Of a stretch of 41,612 bases of DNA, positions 37,658 through 41,612 are shown piece by piece. A program made the position numbers and the translations under genes. A model generated the notes under the pieces. It did not search any database. It saw nothing but the letters and a program-made list of their open reading frames with translations, and was not told the origin of the DNA. The DNA is from Deltaproteobacteria bacterium (lineage in GTDB: Bacteria > SAR324 > NAC60-12): contig PBTB01000073.1 in assembly GCA_002726945.1 (NCBI GenBank), positions 1 through 41,612 on the forward strand. The letters run 5' to 3'. Numbering within the stretch: position 1 is the first letter of the stretch; every line of letters begins with the position of its first letter.

Positions 37658-38122
37658 TCATGCGTACTCGGCCTGAAGTTCGCTGCCCATGCGAATGAGG
37701 TTGTGCATCTTGCGCTTCCAGACGATGCCCTCGCTGGCCCAGCGGATGGAGATGCGGACGTATTCGCGCCCGAGGCCGAGCTTGCGGCCCGTCGTGAGCA
37801 GGAAGTCGATTTCGTTGGTCCCCAGCACGTTGTCCGCGCAGACGATGAGCAACAGTTCAATGAAGATCTGCACCTCCACTTGGCGGGTGCCCTCCGGAAA
37901 GCGGTCGAGCTTGGGGAGTTTCTGATCCTTGACCGCTTGAATGATCTTGCTCTCCTCCGCCTTGGATTCGAGGAATCCCAAGGCCCGCTCCATGTACTGG
38001 ATCTCTTCGGGGGCGATGTTGCCATCGGCGGTGATCGCGCTGCAAATTGCAATCGCCAGCCAGTGTTTCTGGGTTTCGTTGAGCGTGTCAGGTTCCAGAC
38101 CTGTTGGCAGTTGCGTACTCAT
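37658..38122 (-). CDS. TerB-like (tellurite resistance TerB / DjlA N-terminal fold) protein
   Basis: WLAIAICSAITADGNIAPEEIQYMERAL and the second repeat ELLLIVCADNVLGTNEIDFL fit the TerB-like ADG/E pattern. AAGGA precedes the ATG. Confidence 0.55.
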   Translation of the reverse strand: MSTQLPTGLEPDTLNETQKHWLAIAICSAITADGNIAPEEIQYMERALGFLESKAEESKIIQAVKDQKLPKLDRFPEGTRQVEVQIFIELLLIVCADNVLGTNEIDFLLTTGRKLGLGREYVRISIRWASEGIVWKRKMHNLIRMGSELQAEYA

Positions 38123-38137
38123 GAGCTTTTCCTTGTG

Positions 38138-38881
38138 TCAGGCGGCAGCCGCCGGAAGTTCCCCGGCCAATTCCCGGAGTTGGGTTTCCACCTCGTTCAT
38201 CAGGTCCGCCCGCTGGCGGGAGGAGTAGCACGATGCGTCCACCGGACGCCCGATGTGCAGTTCCACCTCCTGATTCCAGTGAAACTGCAGCGTGTCCGCA
38301 GGCATGACCACGCCTGTGCCCCGGATGCCGACCGGCACGATGGACGCGCCCGCTTGCTGGGCCATCATGAAACCGCCCTTCTTGAGCGGCAACATTTCGC
38401 CGCCACGAGCGCGGGTGCCTTCCGGGAAGATCATCACGGCGATTCCACTCTCCATCCGCGCCATGGCTTCCTTGATGGAGGCCGCTGCTCCAGCAGGGTT
38501 CTTGCGATCCACCTTGATGAACTCTCCGGCTTCAAGCCCAAGCTTCCAGATGGGCAGCTTGAACAGTTCAGCCTTTGCGACCATCCGGAGTCCGTGAGGG
38601 AACGCCATGAAGAGCAGGGGGATGTCATAATAGCTGCGATGGTTGCTCATGACAACCCACGGGTGTCCGGGGGTGAGTTCCACGCCAAAGGGATTCTTGA
38701 TGCGGAAGCGTACCTTGAGGAGCGCCAGCAGGTCGCGTGACCAGTCACAGAGGATTTGGTCGGCCGCTTCCCGTGTCAGCCGCTTGCGCTGGATGGACAC
38801 GAGCGTGGCCACCACATACCTCAAGGTGGTCCAGTTCACGCGCAAGAGAACGCCAAGGCTTGACAGGGTGCGTATGATCAT
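38138..38881 (-). CDS. plsC: 1-acyl-sn-glycerol-3-phosphate acyltransferase
   Basis: HX4D motif NHRSYYD and FPEGTRARGG. ATG at 38879-38881 (MIIRTLSS...). The longer ORF 38138..39004 runs through a REP-like hairpin. Confidence 0.88.
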   Translation of the reverse strand: MIIRTLSSLGVLLRVNWTTLRYVVATLVSIQRKRLTREAADQILCDWSRDLLALLKVRFRIKNPFGVELTPGHPWVVMSNHRSYYDIPLLFMAFPHGLRMVAKAELFKLPIWKLGLEAGEFIKVDRKNPAGAAASIKEAMARMESGIAVMIFPEGTRARGGEMLPLKKGGFMMAQQAGASIVPVGIRGTGVVMPADTLQFHWNQEVELHIGRPVDASCYSSRQRADLMNEVETQLRELAGELPAAAA

Positions 38882-38958
38882 CAATCCTTTACAAGGTTTG
38901 CCTCCGGGCGTGGCTTGTTGGCCCTCGGAGTTGAGTTCAATCTCTTTCGGGTCTGATT

Positions 38959-38975
38959 CCCCGCAGCTTGCTGCG
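38959..38975. repeat. REP-like palindromic hairpin motif, copy 3
   Basis: GGGTCTGATTCCCCGCAGCTTGCTGCGTCAAGA has the same core and left flank as copy 1 at 145-176. Confidence 0.6.
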
Positions 38976-39016
38976 TCAAGAAATTCGCGGGAGGTCGCTC
39001 TCAATGGAGAAGCATT

Positions 39017-39054
39017 CAGGAGTCAGGACCCCCCATTTGGACTCCTGACTCCTG
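39017..39054. other. Perfect 12-bp-stem hairpin (CAGGAGTCAGGA ... TCCTGACTCCTG, 14-nt loop)
   Basis: 39017-39028 is the exact reverse complement of 39043-39054. Lies in the plsC/phoH divergent spacer. Confidence 0.6.
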
Positions 39055-39070
39055 CATTCTGGATTCTCAA

Positions 39071-39100
39071 GACCCCGCTGCTCTGCGGCGGGGTCGTTTA
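39071..39100 (+). terminator. GC-rich hairpin with weak T tail (terminator- or attenuator-like)
   Basis: GACCCCGC (39071-39078) pairs with GCGGGGTC (39088-39095) around a 9-nt loop, followed by GTTTATT. No upstream plus-strand gene to terminate, so the function is unclear. Confidence 0.3.
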
Positions 39101-39114
39101 TTAAAAAACCTAAC

Positions 39115-40026
39115 TTGGAGCCGCATATTCCGCAAGTTTTCCAGTCCGGTCCTGCCGAGGCCAGCGAGGCGTACTCGGGCTTCCGGACGCTCTCTGTGAA
39201 GCCAGCGCAGTTGCAGGAACTGGAGAGCACCGGGGCTCTGCGCTTGGACCCCAACCCTCCACTGCAACCCAACGAAGGGGTGCTGCTCCACTCCGATCAA
39301 CCCGATGCCGAAGCCCTCACGCTCTATGAGGCCACGTCCGGACAACTCCGCAAGCTGGAGGGCAGTCCCACGCTCTGGGGGATGGAGGCACGGAACCCGG
39401 AGCAGTGCTTTGCCCTGCACCTCCTGATTGATCCCAGCATCTCGATCGTCACGCTGAGCGGCAAGGCCGGAACCGGAAAGACACTGCTGGCCTTGGCTTC
39501 CGGACTGCATTCGATGCTCATGGAGCAGCGCTACTCCCGGATGCTCGTCTCCCGCCCGATCTTCCCGATGGGACGCGACCTGGGCTACCTGCCGGGAGAA
39601 GTGCAGGACAAGCTGGCACCGTGGATGCAACCCATTTTCGACAACCTCGAATTGCTCATCTACCAGCGCGGGGGGGACCGCAGGGGGCGGCAGGGGTATC
39701 AGGAACTGATCGAGCAGGGCTTGCTGGTCGTGGAACCCCTCACCTACATCCGGGGCCGCAGCATCCCCAACCAGTACATGATTGTGGACGAGGCGCAAAA
39801 CCTCACCCCCCACGAGATGAAGACCATTGTCACGCGGGTGGGCGAGGGCACGAAGATCGTCTTGACGGGCGACCCGCACCAGATTGACAACCCCTATGTG
39901 AACTCGAATTCGAACGGACTCAGCACCCTCGTTGAACGCTTCAAGTCGCACCCGATTGCCGGGCACGTCACCTTGTGTCAAGGCGAACGCTCAGAGCTTG
40001 CCGAGTTGGCTGCAAACCTTTTCTGA
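39115..40026 (+). CDS. PhoH2/YlaK-type PhoH-like ATPase lacking the N-terminal PIN domain
   Basis: GKAGTGKTLLALASGL, YLPGEVQDKLAPWMQPIFDNLE, MIVDEAQNLTPHEMKTIVTRVGEGTKIVLTGDPHQID. Only about 90 residues precede the ATPase core. TTG start, uncertain. Confidence 0.82.
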   Translation: MEPHIPQVFQSGPAEASEAYSGFRTLSVKPAQLQELESTGALRLDPNPPLQPNEGVLLHSDQPDAEALTLYEATSGQLRKLEGSPTLWGMEARNPEQCFALHLLIDPSISIVTLSGKAGTGKTLLALASGLHSMLMEQRYSRMLVSRPIFPMGRDLGYLPGEVQDKLAPWMQPIFDNLELLIYQRGGDRRGRQGYQELIEQGLLVVEPLTYIRGRSIPNQYMIVDEAQNLTPHEMKTIVTRVGEGTKIVLTGDPHQIDNPYVNSNSNGLSTLVERFKSHPIAGHVTLCQGERSELAELAANLF

Positions 40027-40137
40027 ACCCCTCAGCCCCTTTTGCTGAAAGCCGCTTGGAAAAGCGAAGCGTTCATGCTTGTATACGGAGTTTGACAAGA
40101 CACCCAACCTGCATGGAATCTTCACAAACACTCTAAC

Positions 40138-41379
40138 ATGGACTGGATTCAAAACCCACCGCCTTCCTCGGAACTTGCGGATCGCGACATCAAGCAGACC
40201 GGAACTCACCTTGCTGGCCAGCGCATCGCCCTGCTGATCACGGGCAGCATTGCGGCCTACCGCACTCCGGACCTGATCCGCGACCTGCGCCGCGAGGGGG
40301 CCGAGGTGTTCGTGTACGCCTCCCGTGAGGCACTGTCCTACGTCACCAAGCAGACCTTGGAGTGGACCTCGCTGCATCCGGTCTGCGATTCCTTCACAGG
40401 CGAGGCCGAGCACCTTTCCGAATCCCACCCGTTTGACGCCTACCTCGTCGCCCCGGCTTCCTACAACACGATCAACAAGGCGGCACTCGGCATCGCCGAT
40501 TCCGTAGTGACCACCACTCTCGCCTCGGCACTCGGACGGCAGGAAATGGAACAGGCGGTGGTGCTGTTCGCCCCGGCAATGCATGGAACGCTGCACAACC
40601 GCATCCTCTCCGAATCGCTTGCACGCTTGCAGGCACTTGGAGCCACCCTCATCCCGCCCCGGCAGGAGCAGGGGAAAAACCACCTTGCCCCGCTCGAAAC
40701 GCTGGTCGCCGCCACCATCCGCGCCCTCAGTGGCCAGCCCTTGCGCGGAAAAAAAATCATCGTCACCGGAGGCCCCACCCCGGTGCCCATTGACCATGTG
40801 CGACGCATCACCACCGTGTTCACCGGTGGCTTGGGTATCGAACTCACCTGCGAGGCGTGGCTGCGTGGCGCGAGCAGCGAACTCGTGCTGGGCAAGGGAT
40901 CCGCCATCGCTCCGGAGTATTTTCCGACCCACAACATCTCGACCTACAACGACTATGTACGCGTGTTGCAGGAACGACTGGACGCCGGAGGCATGGACTG
41001 GGGTATCTTTACGGCGGCGGTGGCGGATTACCAACCCAAGACGGTGTATGACGGGAAACTCCCCAGTGGGCAGAATTTGAACTTGCCGCTGGTTGCCACC
41101 CCAAAGGTCGTGCGGATGATCCGGGAACGCTATCCCAAGCTCGGCATGGTCGCCTTCAAGTACGAGGAGGGTCACAGCCACGAACACTTCATGGACACCG
41201 CCAAGAACTTCCTCGCCCAAGGGGGCTTCCAACTCGTGGTCGCCAACCGTGGAGAGGAATGCTCCGAGGCCGGGCAGCACATCGCGTGGTTGATCTCCCC
41301 GGATGCCCAACCCACCCGGCACCTTGGCAAACCCGCCATCGCTGCTGCCCTGCTCGACTGGATCGCAGCGCGTTCGTGA
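40138..41379 (+). CDS. coaBC: Bifunctional phosphopantothenoylcysteine decarboxylase / phosphopantothenate-cysteine ligase
   Basis: Flavoprotein N-domain (RIALLITGSIAAYRTPDLIRDLRREGAEV, APASYNTINKAALGIAD) and CoaB C-domain (IIVTGGPTPVPIDHVRRITTVFTGG, AAVADY). Confidence 0.92.
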   Translation: MDWIQNPPPSSELADRDIKQTGTHLAGQRIALLITGSIAAYRTPDLIRDLRREGAEVFVYASREALSYVTKQTLEWTSLHPVCDSFTGEAEHLSESHPFDAYLVAPASYNTINKAALGIADSVVTTTLASALGRQEMEQAVVLFAPAMHGTLHNRILSESLARLQALGATLIPPRQEQGKNHLAPLETLVAATIRALSGQPLRGKKIIVTGGPTPVPIDHVRRITTVFTGGLGIELTCEAWLRGASSELVLGKGSAIAPEYFPTHNISTYNDYVRVLQERLDAGGMDWGIFTAAVADYQPKTVYDGKLPSGQNLNLPLVATPKVVRMIRERYPKLGMVAFKYEEGHSHEHFMDTAKNFLAQGGFQLVVANRGEECSEAGQHIAWLISPDAQPTRHLGKPAIAAALLDWIAARS

Positions 41380-41383
41380 GGGC

Positions 41384-41412
41384 GTGTGTCCTGCTGGACA
41401 CACTTCGTTTTT
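41384..41412 (+). terminator. Rho-independent terminator of coaBC
   Basis: GTGTGTCC-TGCT-GGACACAC (8-bp stem, 4-nt loop) followed by TTCGTTTTT, 5 bp after the stop codon. Confidence 0.75.
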
Positions 41413-41429
41413 CCCAACTTCAGAAACCG

Positions 41430-41548
41430 GATAGTCCCCCTCTTGAGTGTTGGTGCCTGTCCTCAGCAAAATTCGTCCCCTGTAAAGTTTGGGATTTTGC
41501 AAAGAGACGGCGTTTTCCGGTACGTTTCCCCCGGTTTACAGTTATGGT
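41430..41548 (-). mobile_element. MITE-like repeat, copy D (inverted orientation, truncated or interrupted)
   Basis: GGATAGTCCCCCTCTTGAGTGTTGGTGCCTGTCCTCAGCAAAATTC...CCGGTTTACAGTTAT is colinear with the reverse complement of copy B for about 117 bp. Similarity then stops abruptly. Confidence 0.7.
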
Positions 41549-41612
41549 AAAAGCTACTAGTTATAGGACAAATTTAGACTGGGATACAAACAGTCAAACA
41601 ATTGATATTAAA

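Overview
GC-rich bacterial chromosomal window, densely packed with mostly housekeeping genes. The taxon cannot be fixed from sequence alone. I support about 36 protein genes.

Plus-strand genes, first block: cheB; a ClC channel with CBS and RCK_C domains; a membrane-anchored YdgA/DUF945-like protein. A tightly coupled plus-strand operon follows: small LigA-domain-Ia-like protein, rodZ, TIGR01212 radical SAM, rsfS, murB, ftsQ, and a GspE/PilB-like ATPase.

Minus-strand block: lipoprotein, TPMT-type methyltransferase, kdsB.

Further plus-strand genes: prfB with its classical +1 programmed frameshift; aminotransferase, holB, a hypothetical, recD2-like helicase, LivK-like binding protein, tsaC.

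An accessory-looking block holds a D-aminoacylase, a CinA-like MoCF-domain protein, and a four-gene Dpp/Gsi-type peptide ABC importer.

Remaining genes: tal, a ModF-like double ATPase, an MsbA-like exporter, a TerB-like protein, plsC, a PIN-less PhoH2-like ATPase and coaBC.

No rRNA, tRNA or CRISPR array is seen.

The most unusual content is non-coding:
- A family of about 160-bp repeats bounded by about 24-bp terminal inverted repeats. There are three copies plus a fragment around 26.4-28.1 kb and a fourth, truncated copy at 41.43 kb.
- One of these copies carries a nested 202-bp AT-rich TIR element flanked by a perfect 8-bp target-site duplication.
- Short REP-like hairpins, a 32-bp perfect palindrome, and a 107-bp long hairpin in the ClC leader.
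- A decayed MetE-like pseudogene.

I found no recognisable defence or other multi-gene novel system. The candidates most worth follow-up are the repeat families, the standalone LigA-Ia-like protein coupled to rodZ, and the GspE-like ATPase occupying the ftsA/ftsZ position after ftsQ.

All functional calls rest on motif recognition by eye from the supplied translations. No database search was run.
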